From an uncultured bacterium (lineage in GTDB: Bacteria; Fidelibacterota; Marinisomatia; SCGC-AAA003-L08; GCA-002704045), in assembly GCA_964345035.1 (NCBI GenBank), contig CAYFPO010000002.1, positions 96,684 to 160,683 of the forward strand: DNA of 64,000 bases, in the 5' to 3' direction. Shown one piece after another: positions 54,930-64,000 of the stretch (positions within the stretch are counted from its first letter, which is position 1; each line of letters begins with the position of its first letter). A program made the position numbers and the translations under genes. The notes beneath the pieces were generated by a model, which saw only the letters and a list, made by a program, of their open reading frames with translations, was not told the origin of the DNA and made no database searches.

Positions 54930-57296
54930 TTGGTCACAAATATTTTAAAATGGCTGTTTGTTAATTATAATGGTCGTGCATTAAAGGAAAAATATTTCTC
55001 CGGTTCATTAAGCATTGATGGATTAAGCAGTCCGGTAACCGTTTACCGGGATAATTGGCATATTCCTCATATTTATGCAAATACAAATGATGATCTGTTT
55101 TTTGCACAGGGATTCATACATGCACAAGACAGAATCTGGCAAATGGAACTGAACAGAAGAATAGCTGCTGGCAGACTTTCAGAAGCTTTTGGCGATGTCT
55201 CGTTAGATACAGATCGGTTAACAAGAACATTAGGTTTCAATAGATTAACAGATGGTGATTTAAACATTCTTAATTCAGAAACTTTACAAAATCTTCAATC
55301 TTTTTCTAACGGAGTAAATGCATATTTAAATAAGGGTAAACTGCCAGTTGAATTTTTATTAACCAGAATCAAACCTGAAAAATGGACACCAAATGATACT
55401 TTGGGATGGGGACGGGTAATGACGTGGACTTTATCTCATGGGTGGTCCGGCTGTTTAACCAGAGGTGAAATTGTCCAGAAAGTAGGTGAAGCTAAAGCAG
55501 AAGAACTGGGAATTTATTATCCTGAGGAAAATCCTATAGAATTACCAAATGGCATTGAGTTTAATAATCTCACTCCGGATAAAATGCTGGAATCAGTAAC
55601 AGGTCCATTTTTATTTAAGGATATGGAAGGGGGCGGTAGGGGGTCCAACACCTGGGTTGTATCAGGAAAATTAACCCAATCAGGTCAACCAATCCTCTGC
55701 AATGACACACATCTTCAACTTCAGCAGCCATCAGTTTGGTATCTGAATCATTTGCATTCTGCAGAGGGATATCACGTAGCAGGGGTATCTTTGCCAGGAA
55801 TACCGGGTGTGATGATTGGCCATAATGACCATATAGCGTGGGGAGCAACTTTGTCATTTACAGATGGTGAAGATTTATTTGTTGAGAAAGTTCATCCGGA
55901 AAAACCACTACAATATGAATACAAGGGTGAATGGAAGGGAATGGATGTCATTGCCGAATCAATTAAAGTCAAAAAACAGAAATCTCCTCATATCGAAACG
56001 GTACGAAATTCAATCCATGGTCCTATTATCAGTGATGTGGTAGAAACCGGGAAAGCCTGTATTTCGTATTGTTCAATATCCCTTGAAGAAAATCAGATTG
56101 TTAATTCTTTCCTGAAATTGGATACTGCAAAAAACTGGGATGAATTTGTTGAAGCTGTCCAGTTAATTACAGCACCACCACTGAATATTTCCTATGCAGA
56201 CAATTCAGGGAATATTGGTATGTGGGTAACAGGAAAAGTGCCAATTCGAGGGAAGGGAAAGGGACAGATGCCTGCTCCCGGCTGGACAGGTGAATTTGAC
56301 TGGGTTGGATCAGTTCCTGTACATGAAATGCCGCATGCTCTAAATCCTGAATGTGGATATATTATTTCTACCAATAATAAACCGGTAGATGACGGCTATC
56401 CCCATTATCTCGGTAATTCATTTATGAATGGATATCGTGCAAAAAGAATTGAGGATGCATTATTTTCGAAATCAACTGTAACAATTGATGATTGCAAAAA
56501 AATGCACACTGATTTCTATTCAATCCCCGGAGAAAAAATGAAAGAGGGATTTAGGGGATTTCGTACAGCCAGACCAAAAGCTCAAAAACTACTGGAGTTA
56601 TTATTGGATTGGGATTGTGTTCTTGATAAAGAATCTAAAGGTGGAATAGTATATGAAATTCTTCTTTACACGATGCTGAAAAATTTAGTCAATATTGATC
56701 TTGGCAAGGAACTGACAGAAAAATGGATGGGAGTTGGTGAGCATCCCGTGCTGCTGCCCACTAGTGAATTACTCGGACATGCAACTGTATCCTTATTTAA
56801 TATTCTACAGAATGAAAATTCACACTGGCTGAAAACTGATAAAGAAGCTATTAAATTAATGGAAGATTCATTGGTGGATTCCTGTGAGTGGCTGGAAAAA
56901 AATCTTGGAGATGATCCATCGGGATGGAAATGGGGTAAACTCCACACAGTCAGTTTCAATCATGCTTTGGGAGTTCAGAAACCACTGGATAAGATATTTA
57001 ATCTGGGTCCAATAGAATTTGGAGGGGACACGGATACAGTCTGTCAATCAGCTTATAACCCCGGAGCGCCGTATGCTGCAACTTCTTGGTGCCCTGCGTT
57101 TAGAATGATTGTCCCGATGGATAATTTTAATCAAACATTGGTTATGAATCCAGCAGGTCAAAGTGGTGTTTACGGCAGCGAATTTTATGATAATGCACTC
57201 GACACCTGGTTGGCTGGCGATTACTTCCGGTTATATTGGGATCTTACTGAAGTAGAAAAAAATCAGAAATCAAAGTTGGTAATACAACCGAAGTAA
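54930..57296 (+). CDS. penicillin acylase family Ntn-hydrolase (S45; possible acyl-homoserine-lactone or beta-lactam acylase)
   Basis: 788 aa. The family N-terminus is RD.WGIPHI.A....D..FAQGF.HAQDR.WQM, and the autoprocessing site is GGRG-SNTWVVSG. Confidence 0.85.
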   Translation: MVTNILKWLFVNYNGRALKEKYFSGSLSIDGLSSPVTVYRDNWHIPHIYANTNDDLFFAQGFIHAQDRIWQMELNRRIAAGRLSEAFGDVSLDTDRLTRTLGFNRLTDGDLNILNSETLQNLQSFSNGVNAYLNKGKLPVEFLLTRIKPEKWTPNDTLGWGRVMTWTLSHGWSGCLTRGEIVQKVGEAKAEELGIYYPEENPIELPNGIEFNNLTPDKMLESVTGPFLFKDMEGGGRGSNTWVVSGKLTQSGQPILCNDTHLQLQQPSVWYLNHLHSAEGYHVAGVSLPGIPGVMIGHNDHIAWGATLSFTDGEDLFVEKVHPEKPLQYEYKGEWKGMDVIAESIKVKKQKSPHIETVRNSIHGPIISDVVETGKACISYCSISLEENQIVNSFLKLDTAKNWDEFVEAVQLITAPPLNISYADNSGNIGMWVTGKVPIRGKGKGQMPAPGWTGEFDWVGSVPVHEMPHALNPECGYIISTNNKPVDDGYPHYLGNSFMNGYRAKRIEDALFSKSTVTIDDCKKMHTDFYSIPGEKMKEGFRGFRTARPKAQKLLELLLDWDCVLDKESKGGIVYEILLYTMLKNLVNIDLGKELTEKWMGVGEHPVLLPTSELLGHATVSLFNILQNENSHWLKTDKEAIKLMEDSLVDSCEWLEKNLGDDPSGWKWGKLHTVSFNHALGVQKPLDKIFNLGPIEFGGDTDTVCQSAYNPGAPYAATSWCPAFRMIVPMDNFNQTLVMNPAGQSGVYGSEFYDNALDTWLAGDYFRLYWDLTEVEKNQKSKLVIQPK

Positions 57297-57305
57297 ATTA
57301 TCAGC

Positions 57306-57908
57306 ATGACTGAAGATAAAAAATCAAGGATACACATCAATAAAGTATATACACGGTCTGGTGATGCAGGTAAAACCCGTTTGACTGGTGGGCAAGTAGT
57401 TGATAAGGATGATCTTCGGATTGAAGCTTACGGCACTGTGGATGAATTATTGGTACTGATCGGCGGATGTGCAAATGCTGTAGCCAATTTAGATATACCG
57501 AAAATTGAAAAAGAAAATTTAATAACTTTGCTTCTACGGATTCAAAATGAATTGTTTAATGTTGGATCCTCCCTGTCAAGGATGAAAGAAGACGAGGTTA
57601 CGGATTCACCTAAGATTAAACAGCAAAACATTGATCAGCTTGAATCAGAAATTGATCGGTATAACCAAGTCCTACCTGCATTAACATCTTTTGTACTTCC
57701 GGGAGGAAATGATGCTAATATATGGTTTCATCTTGCACGCACTGTCTGTCGGCGGGCTGAAAGAATCTGTGTGAAACTATCAAAATCTGAGGAGATTGAT
57801 AAATTTATTATTCCCTACTTAAACAGATTATCCGATGCGTTGTTTGTGTGGAGCCGCTGGGTGACTATACAGACAGGTAAGACAGAACAATTGTGGGAGC
57901 CTACATAA
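57306..57908 (+). CDS. PduO-type ATP:cob(I)alamin adenosyltransferase
   Basis: The N-terminal signature is KVYTRSGDAGKTRL.GG......D.RIEAYGTVDEL. Confidence 0.85.
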   Translation: MTEDKKSRIHINKVYTRSGDAGKTRLTGGQVVDKDDLRIEAYGTVDELLVLIGGCANAVANLDIPKIEKENLITLLLRIQNELFNVGSSLSRMKEDEVTDSPKIKQQNIDQLESEIDRYNQVLPALTSFVLPGGNDANIWFHLARTVCRRAERICVKLSKSEEIDKFIIPYLNRLSDALFVWSRWVTIQTGKTEQLWEPT

Positions 57909-57938
57909 TATTCTTAAAATTCTGCTCTATTATATTTC

Positions 57939-59171
57939 TCACATATACTGATCAATCTTATCATCGATGAGATGGTTTTCCTGTAAGTAAATCAAAACTC
58001 CTGTAATTATCAAACTGAACAGGATGATGGCATATACAAGGGAGCGAATTTCCAACCAGTCCACTGTAACTGTTTCAGGAAAATGCATATGAAGTGGGAT
58101 GTCCGCTAATACTGCTGTTGCCAATCCCTTTGGGGCAATTGTAGAGATCAAACCTCTTTCTTGTTTCCCAAAGTCTTTTGGAACAGTAAATCTTGTCATT
58201 AAAAATCTACCGATATAAATCAGCACTGTAATAACAAGCCCCCAAAACAATATCTTAAAACTGTTTAATTGTATTGAAATTCCCAGATAGATAAAAAAGA
58301 AAGTTTTTACCAAAAATATTACTTCGGAAAACAGGGTCTTTTCCATGATATTGAATTCTTCAAATCTGCCTGATCCAAGTTTGTGAACAATTTCTTCAGG
58401 AATCTTTTTTGAATTGGCAACGATCAATCCAAAAACCAATGCTGTGATGGGGCCATTATATCCTAACGTTTCTGACAATCCATAGAGAATAAACAGGAAT
58501 GCCAACGATGTAAATATGCTGTTGGGAAATTTTCTCACCTTGTTCAGGATAGTAGCCCAGGTAAATGCACCAATAGTTCCTACAATTATTGCCAGAACAA
58601 TGGACCCTATCATTTTTAATCCAATCAATTCACCAAAATCAATAGATCCTACTTCAATGATCTTCAACACACCCAGAGCAAAAATAATGCTGAAAACATC
58701 CGAAATTGCAGATTCAACAAAAAGCATTGTTTTAGTTTTGTCCGATATATTTAACATCTTTACTAACGGGACTACAACTGCAGGTGAGATATTTCCCAAG
58801 ATTAACCCAATAAAAAGTGCTGATAGAAATGAGTATCCCAGAAAAATAGATGAGATAAGAAATGTAATCAAGGATGTAAACAAAAAAGTACTGACTAACA
58901 ATCCTGCAGAATTCATTATTGTAGTTTTTAATGTATTTAGTGTGAGGTGACTGCCACCATCAAACAACATCAAAATTAAAGCGACTGCACTCAACAATGG
59001 ACCAACGACGCCAAAATCTTCCGGTGCAACCAATCCAGAGATTGGTCCGATAATAATTCCTATAACTGTGAGCGGCAGTACATCAGGAATTTTGGTACGT
59101 TCAAAAACAGCAGTAAAGAAATGAGCTGCAAAAATAATTAACCCAACAACTAATAATGCGATATGTTCCAT
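57939..59171 (-). CDS. cation:proton antiporter (Na+/H+ exchanger family)
   Basis: 410 aa with about 11-12 TM helices and the typical N-terminus (..AHFFTAVFERTKIPDVLPL..IGIIIGP). Confidence 0.8.
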   Translation of the reverse strand: MEHIALLVVGLIIFAAHFFTAVFERTKIPDVLPLTVIGIIIGPISGLVAPEDFGVVGPLLSAVALILMLFDGGSHLTLNTLKTTIMNSAGLLVSTFLFTSLITFLISSIFLGYSFLSALFIGLILGNISPAVVVPLVKMLNISDKTKTMLFVESAISDVFSIIFALGVLKIIEVGSIDFGELIGLKMIGSIVLAIIVGTIGAFTWATILNKVRKFPNSIFTSLAFLFILYGLSETLGYNGPITALVFGLIVANSKKIPEEIVHKLGSGRFEEFNIMEKTLFSEVIFLVKTFFFIYLGISIQLNSFKILFWGLVITVLIYIGRFLMTRFTVPKDFGKQERGLISTIAPKGLATAVLADIPLHMHFPETVTVDWLEIRSLVYAIILFSLIITGVLIYLQENHLIDDKIDQYM

Positions 59172-59223
59172 TATGATAATTTAGATATCAATTTTAATAA
59201 ATTCAGAAAGTTCCGGATTGAAT

Positions 59224-59646
59224 TTAAATAAATTTTAATCCGAATAATATCCATTCGATGAGAAGTATAAAAAATCCAAAGGCATAGGCTGTAAATCTAT
59301 AAATTACATTTTGATTTGGAATACGAATAATGCTGTGTATAATCCTGGATATCACAAATCCCCACGCAAGATAATAATCTAAAAGTGTGATTTGATCTGT
59401 TATCATCAGTAAAATACATAGAAAATAAAATAAAATTGGAAGCTCAAACATATTCTTATAATGCTGACGTGCAGATTCTAAATGAAACGGTGTTTCAACC
59501 CCCTGTGTATTAAATAATCTAAAGAAACTGAATCGTACTTCCTTTTTCAATGATGCTTTAGAATTAATAACCAAAACCCGTGTATTCACTAAAAATGTCA
59601 AAATTATCATTGTGAGAATTGGTACGATTAATACAGTATTTTCCAT
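59224..59646 (-). CDS. MAPEG-family membrane protein (putative)
   Basis: 140 aa with four TM segments. ARQHYKNMFELPILFY fits the R.H.N..E..P motif. Confidence 0.5.
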   Translation of the reverse strand: MENTVLIVPILTMIILTFLVNTRVLVINSKASLKKEVRFSFFRLFNTQGVETPFHLESARQHYKNMFELPILFYFLCILLMITDQITLLDYYLAWGFVISRIIHSIIRIPNQNVIYRFTAYAFGFFILLIEWILFGLKFI

Positions 59647-59727
59647 TGTTTTAACCTATTGTTGTTAATTAGAATATTAATCGAAGTTACACTGATTATT
59701 AGATTAGTAAAAATAAATTTTAAAGTA

Positions 59728-60408
59728 TTATTGAAATATATCCCGTGCAATTACTGTTACCGATAATGCAATCAGCAGCGAAACTAAATACAATCCTCCG
59801 AAAATAATAAGAAATCCGGAATAGTTCAGTACCGCTAAAATTGTAAAAATTATAAAACACCATAATTCAATATTCTTCCAAATTGTGAGTGGTTTGATAA
59901 GCCAAAGATTATCTGTAGGATTTTGTAATAAAAATTGAATGAGAATCCAGGCATAAATCCGGAAAAACAAAAATTCTAGTGCCAATAATAAATTTTCTAC
60001 TATATTTGGGGGAGTATATATTCCAGTCCAAAGGTTAAACTCAAAATTTAGCGGCCAGAGGAAGTAAATTCCCTTAAAAAAAAAGAAGGTGTCTGCAAAA
60101 ATATGAGAAACAATACCAATAGATAATCCTCCGGCAATTACTCTGTATTTTGATTTCTTGGTGAATTCGGATAAAATCAACCCGAAAATAAATACGACTA
60201 TTGCGAAGAAAAAACTATGGGTGGCTTTTCTGTGAAAAAAATCTACCGGATTTTGTATATCAGTAATTAAAATACCAACACCAGCAGCAAAAGTATCAAT
60301 GTCCGGAAGCATTGCACCAAATATCAATGCAGCATAAAACCATTTTCTATTTGGGAGCACCCGATTTAGGTACATTGCGATTATTGCATGAGCTCCTGCT
60401 TGAGGCAT
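59728..60408 (-). CDS. membrane-bound metal-dependent hydrolase (YdjM/DUF457-like)
   Basis: An N-terminal GAHAI, PDIDT and HRKATHS are embedded in TM helices. Confidence 0.6.
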   Translation of the reverse strand: MPQAGAHAIIAMYLNRVLPNRKWFYAALIFGAMLPDIDTFAAGVGILITDIQNPVDFFHRKATHSFFFAIVVFIFGLILSEFTKKSKYRVIAGGLSIGIVSHIFADTFFFFKGIYFLWPLNFEFNLWTGIYTPPNIVENLLLALEFLFFRIYAWILIQFLLQNPTDNLWLIKPLTIWKNIELWCFIIFTILAVLNYSGFLIIFGGLYLVSLLIALSVTVIARDIFQ

Positions 60409-60572
60409 TATATTTGGAAATTATATCTAAATATCATTTTATAGACTAAAATAGTTACTGTGCATTAGAATTAAATCTATACTATTTGCATTTTGGTTTC
60501 CAAAAAGTCTAATAGGTAAATTTACAGGAACAGGATGCTTATTAATTCACTAATAAGAGGATACAATTTACA

Positions 60573-60944
60573 ATGAACTCGGATGAATTATTCAATTCAG
60601 GAATAATTGCATTTAACAATAAACAGTTTTATGATGCCCACGAAATTTGGGAAGAAATTTGGACTGACCATGTTATACCGGATAGATTATTCCTCCAGGG
60701 ATTAATTCAGGTTGCAGTGGCATATTTTCATATTACAAATCAAAATCTAAAAGGTGCAAACAGTATGTTTAACAAATGTCTACCCAAATTGATGAAGAAG
60801 ATACCAAACCACAGAGGTCTGGATGTTCAGGAAATAATCAATAAAGTAAATTCAAGTTTAAACTGTATAAAAAAAATTGATGATTATAAACAATTCAATT
60901 GGAATAATGTCCCGGTACTAAACAAGGAGAAAAAAGTTGGTTGA
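60573..60944 (+). CDS. DUF309 domain protein
   Basis: The pattern F..G...FN...FY.AHE.WEE.W.........FLQGLIQ.AVAY.H is present. Confidence 0.65.
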   Translation: MNSDELFNSGIIAFNNKQFYDAHEIWEEIWTDHVIPDRLFLQGLIQVAVAYFHITNQNLKGANSMFNKCLPKLMKKIPNHRGLDVQEIINKVNSSLNCIKKIDDYKQFNWNNVPVLNKEKKVG

Positions 60945-61323
60945 ATTCACAGTAATTAGCTTTTTGGATGATATGAATTTATCATTTTCTATTGCTTCTA
61001 TCTGCAATAACAATGGATTCAATTTGATATTTCCGGGTGCTCAGGATTTTAAGAATGAAATTCACCAATTGGATTATGGTGTGGTGATCATTGATCTCGA
61101 AAATAAGAGTTATGATCCATTCATATTAGCAGAAAGTTTTAATCGGGGAACTGTATTCCCCATAGTCGGATATTTGGATCAGATGAAAAAGCGGATTAAA
61201 TCACAAGCGCATAAATCAGGTGTTGATATTGTATTAACACGGGATACATTACTGAGAAATCTTGATACAATATTAAATCAAGTAGTGAAAGAAATTGAAA
61301 AACACAGCAAATCTGAAAAGTAA
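60937..61323 (+). CDS. hypothetical protein, weakly CheY-receiver-like
   Basis: 128 aa with an alternating beta/alpha pattern and VVIIDLE. No clear phospho-acceptor constellation is visible. The start is TTG. Confidence 0.35.
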   Translation: MVEFTVISFLDDMNLSFSIASICNNNGFNLIFPGAQDFKNEIHQLDYGVVIIDLENKSYDPFILAESFNRGTVFPIVGYLDQMKKRIKSQAHKSGVDIVLTRDTLLRNLDTILNQVVKEIEKHSKSEK

Positions 61324-61957
61324 AGCAAATGAAATTATTTTCCGTTTACGCCAGGAATATCCTGATTCAAAATGCTCATTGAAATTTGATTCCCCATTTC
61401 AATTATTGGTGGCAACCATACTTTCTGCACAATGTACAGATAAAAGAGTAAATCAGGTTACAGAGAATTTATTCAGTAAATATCCAGATGTTGAAGATTA
61501 TATAGGGCTGGATGTTGAAATTCTGAAAAAATTAATATTTTCAACTGGATTTTATAAAAATAAGTCAAAAGCAATAGTATCCTTAGCTAAAAAATTATCT
61601 GAAAATTTTAACGGGACCGTACCTGACACTTTAACCGAATTGGTGCAATTGCCGGGAGTCGGAAGGAAAACAGCTAATGTAGTATTGGGGGTAGCATTTA
61701 GTACTCCCGGATTGGTTGTAGATACTCATGTATCCAGAATTTCCAGATTATTATATTTAACCGTAGAAAAGTCTCCAGACAAAATAGAAATTGATCTTAT
61801 GAAAATTGTAAGAAGAAAAGATTGGATTGATCTTGCTCATTTATTCATCGATCACGGTCGAAAGGTGTGTATTGCCCGGCGGCCAAAATGTACAGAGTGT
61901 ATTTTATTAGATCTATGCCCCTCTGGTAAAAACTTGATCCACATAGGCACCTCTTAA
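61295..61957 (+). CDS. nth: endonuclease III
   Basis: LVATILSAQCTDKRVN is present, with the HhH-GPD motif LPGVGRKTANVVL and the 4Fe-4S cluster C.ARRPKC..C.L...C. Confidence 0.9.
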   Translation: MKNTANLKSKANEIIFRLRQEYPDSKCSLKFDSPFQLLVATILSAQCTDKRVNQVTENLFSKYPDVEDYIGLDVEILKKLIFSTGFYKNKSKAIVSLAKKLSENFNGTVPDTLTELVQLPGVGRKTANVVLGVAFSTPGLVVDTHVSRISRLLYLTVEKSPDKIEIDLMKIVRRKDWIDLAHLFIDHGRKVCIARRPKCTECILLDLCPSGKNLIHIGTS

Positions 61958-62101
61958 TACAATAATTTTGTATTTATAGATCAAATATTACATGTTCCAA
62001 TCTATTAATTTCTCAATTCTCCGTTAATTCTCTATTAATAACCCAATTAAAAAGCAGTAAATTTAGATATTCAATTATACTTGCAGGATACAATTAAATA
62101 A

Positions 62102-62512
62102 GTGCCGATAATTACTAAAAAATACAAATTCTGTGCAGCACACAGGTATCATCATCCTGAGTGGACAGATGAAAAAAATATGACTGTATTTGGGGATGAC
62201 TGGAAAATCCACGGTCATAATTATATAGTAGAAATTTCAATCAAAGGTCCAATTCAATCAGAAACCGGGTTTGTCGTTAATTTGCAAAAGATTAATACAT
62301 TAGTTCAAGAAAATGTAATCAATATTTTGGACCATTCGGACATTGGAAATGATATACCTTGGTTTCGGAATAAACAGCCATCCTCAGAAAATCTATCAGT
62401 ATATATCTGGGAATTACTGGAAGATAAAATCCTTAAACCTGCAAAATTATTTCGAGTAAAAATTCGTGAAACACCTTCAATTTATTCAGAATATTTTGGG
62501 AAGGAGGAATAA
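62102..62512 (+). CDS. queD: 6-carboxy-5,6,7,8-tetrahydropterin synthase
   Basis: F.FCAAHRY....W....N...FG.......HGHNY is present. The start is GTG, and folE follows directly. Confidence 0.85.
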   Translation: MPIITKKYKFCAAHRYHHPEWTDEKNMTVFGDDWKIHGHNYIVEISIKGPIQSETGFVVNLQKINTLVQENVINILDHSDIGNDIPWFRNKQPSSENLSVYIWELLEDKILKPAKLFRVKIRETPSIYSEYFGKEE

Positions 62513-63088
62513 ATGAATAATAATCCAGAAAAAATTCAATCGTTAATAGAACAATTATTAGAGGAAATAGGAGAAGATCCCAATCGTGAGGGATTGAAGA
62601 AAACACCTTCCAGAGTTGCAAAGGCATGGCAGTTTCTTGCCAGAGGTTATACCGAAGATATAAATACCATCATTAATCACGCAGTATTTCAGGAAAGTTA
62701 TGATGAGATGGTGACTGTCAGGGATATCGAATTTTTTAGTCTTTGTGAACATCATTTACTTCCATTTTTCGGTAAAGCACATGTTGGGTATATCCCAGAT
62801 GGTAAAATTATTGGACTTTCAAAAATCCCTAGAATAGTTGAAATGTTTGGAAGGCGGTTACAGGTTCAAGAACGTATGACACAATTAATTGCAGAAACTC
62901 TGAACGATTCTTTACAACCCAAAGGTGTGGCGGTGGTTTTGGAAGGACGGCATCTCTGTATGCAGATGAGAGGTGTAGAGAAGAAAAATTCCTTTGCGAC
63001 CACATCTTATATGACTGGATTATTTCGGGAAGATGCAAGAACCAGGAAAGAATTCCTGGATATAATTTCAATGAGAAATATTATATGA
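62513..63088 (+). CDS. folE: GTP cyclohydrolase I
   Basis: The block [29 protein letters not shown]....RR.QVQER is present. Confidence 0.92.
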   Translation: MNNNPEKIQSLIEQLLEEIGEDPNREGLKKTPSRVAKAWQFLARGYTEDINTIINHAVFQESYDEMVTVRDIEFFSLCEHHLLPFFGKAHVGYIPDGKIIGLSKIPRIVEMFGRRLQVQERMTQLIAETLNDSLQPKGVAVVLEGRHLCMQMRGVEKKNSFATTSYMTGLFREDARTRKEFLDIISMRNII

Positions 63089-64000
63089 AATCTTATGATG
63101 TCACCATAATCGGCGGAGGACCGGGAGGATATGTTGCAGCGATCAGAGCATCACAACTGGGTAAAAAAGTAGCATTGGTAGAAGCTGAACATCTCGGAGG
63201 AATATGCTTGAATTGGGGATGTATTCCAACAAAGGCATTATTGAAAAATGCTGATGTATTGGATATTATTCAAAATGCTTCAAAATTTGGAATTAATATT
63301 CCTGAATATTCTGTGGATTGGGAGAAAATTATAAAGCGTTCCAGAGATGTTGCTAAACGGCTTAGTAAGGGTATTGAATACCTTATGAAAAAAAATGAGA
63401 TTGACGTGATTTTTGGTATGGGAAAATTGATAAATAAAAATACTATGGAAATCTTAAAAAATGATGGCAATAGTGAAAAAATACAATCAAGCCATAGTAT
63501 CATTGCTACCGGTGCAAGAGCAAAGTCAATACCCGGGACGAAGCCAGATGGTGACCGTATAATAACATATAAGAAAGCGATGACATTACCATCCCAACCC
63601 AAAAGTTTAATTATAATCGGTGCTGGTGCGATTGGTGTGGAATTTGCCCATTTTTTTAATAGCTTTGGAACTGATGTGACAATAGTTGAGGCACTTCCAA
63701 ACATACTGCCGGTAGAAGACCATGAAATTTCAAAAGAATTATCCAGAATATTTAAAAAGAGAAAAATAAAAATATTAACAGATTCTTTGGTTAAAAAGAC
63801 TGAAGCAATGAAATCAAAAGTTAAAGTCCACCTGGAAGGCGGAGAAGTACTCGAGGCTGATAAAGTGATTGTTGCGGTAGGGGTTCAGGGTAATGTTGAG
63901 AATGTAGGATTAACTAATTCCGGTATTCATACAGATAATGGATGGATAAAAACCAATGGATTTATGCAGACAAATTTGCCAAATATATATGCAATAGGAG
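63085..64000 (+). CDS. lpdA: dihydrolipoyl dehydrogenase, N-terminal about 305 aa (3' end outside the window; absent from the ORF track because it is open-ended)
   Basis: I translated it by hand: [51 protein letters not shown] (FAD fold plus redox-active CxxxxC), then [12 protein letters not shown] (NAD fold). The ATG overlaps the folE stop (ATGA). Confidence 0.9.
   Translation, partial: MKSYDVTIIGGGPGGYVAAIRASQLGKKVALVEAEHLGGICLNWGCIPTKALLKNADVLDIIQNASKFGINIPEYSVDWEKIIKRSRDVAKRLSKGIEYLMKKNEIDVIFGMGKLINKNTMEILKNDGNSEKIQSSHSIIATGARAKSIPGTKPDGDRIITYKKAMTLPSQPKSLIIIGAGAIGVEFAHFFNSFGTDVTIVEALPNILPVEDHEISKELSRIFKKRKIKILTDSLVKKTEAMKSKVKVHLEGGEVLEADKVIVAVGVQGNVENVGLTNSGIHTDNGWIKTNGFMQTNLPNIYAIG

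Noticed and set aside
61958-62101. preQ1 riboswitch upstream of queD-folE (also checked upstream of queE-queC, 43794-43932 minus strand)
   Set aside because: I could not find the short P1 hairpin followed by the conserved A-rich tail (..CCC..UAAAAAACUA..), nor a preQ1-II/III-like fold. Only AT-only mini-palindromes are present. An Rfam scan would be needed to be certain.
1-64000. Defence island, prophage, integron, toxin-antitoxin or secondary-metabolite cluster
   Set aside because: The translations contain no nucleases or helicases of defence type, integrases, phage structural genes, attC-like arrays with cassettes, or biosynthetic megasynthases. The accessory content is surface and secreted proteins only.

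Overview
AT-rich bacterial chromosomal segment with about 60 tightly packed genes and many ATGA/TGATG start-stop overlaps. I found no rRNA, tRNA, CRISPR array, transposase, prophage or recognisable defence system. The backbone is housekeeping and amino-acid/peptide scavenging: hutU-hutI, pyrF-pyrE, dsbD plus a TlpA-like thioredoxin, cstA, an MltD-like transglycosylase, sppA, HU, xseA-xseB, nadK, tryptophanase-family lyase, tkt, queE-queC, an aminotransferase with serA, gatB, nth, queD-folE and lpdA (runs off the 3' edge). Two accessory-looking surface-protein islands sit inside this backbone (1.5-3.4 kb; 26.7-42.5 kb plus 50.2-53.1 kb). Three proteins end in a T9SS-type C-terminal sorting domain (NPFNP...ISF...GVY...K motif), which suggests an FCB-superphylum, probably uncultured marine, lineage; that taxonomic call is inference. 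Four other secreted enzymes instead end in a duplicated dockerin-type calcium-binding module, and a lipoprotein at 52293-53093 looks cohesin-like. Together these suggest a non-cellulosomal cohesin-dockerin display system running alongside T9SS. The most unusual non-coding signal is a ~950-bp gene-free, GC-enriched island (9.87-10.82 kb). It holds about 2.7 copies of a 171-172-nt tandem repeat made of hairpins, followed by a 21-nt perfect direct repeat 180 nt apart and further GC-rich hairpins; I cannot assign it to any RNA or mobile-element family I know. Smaller oddities: an in-frame TGA and a homopolymer frameshift in two adjacent secreted-protein genes, a queC that cannot start at ATG/GTG/TTG, and an unlisted 31-aa basic peptide gene downstream of HU. 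All calls rest on reading the translations and sequence by eye; no database search was run.
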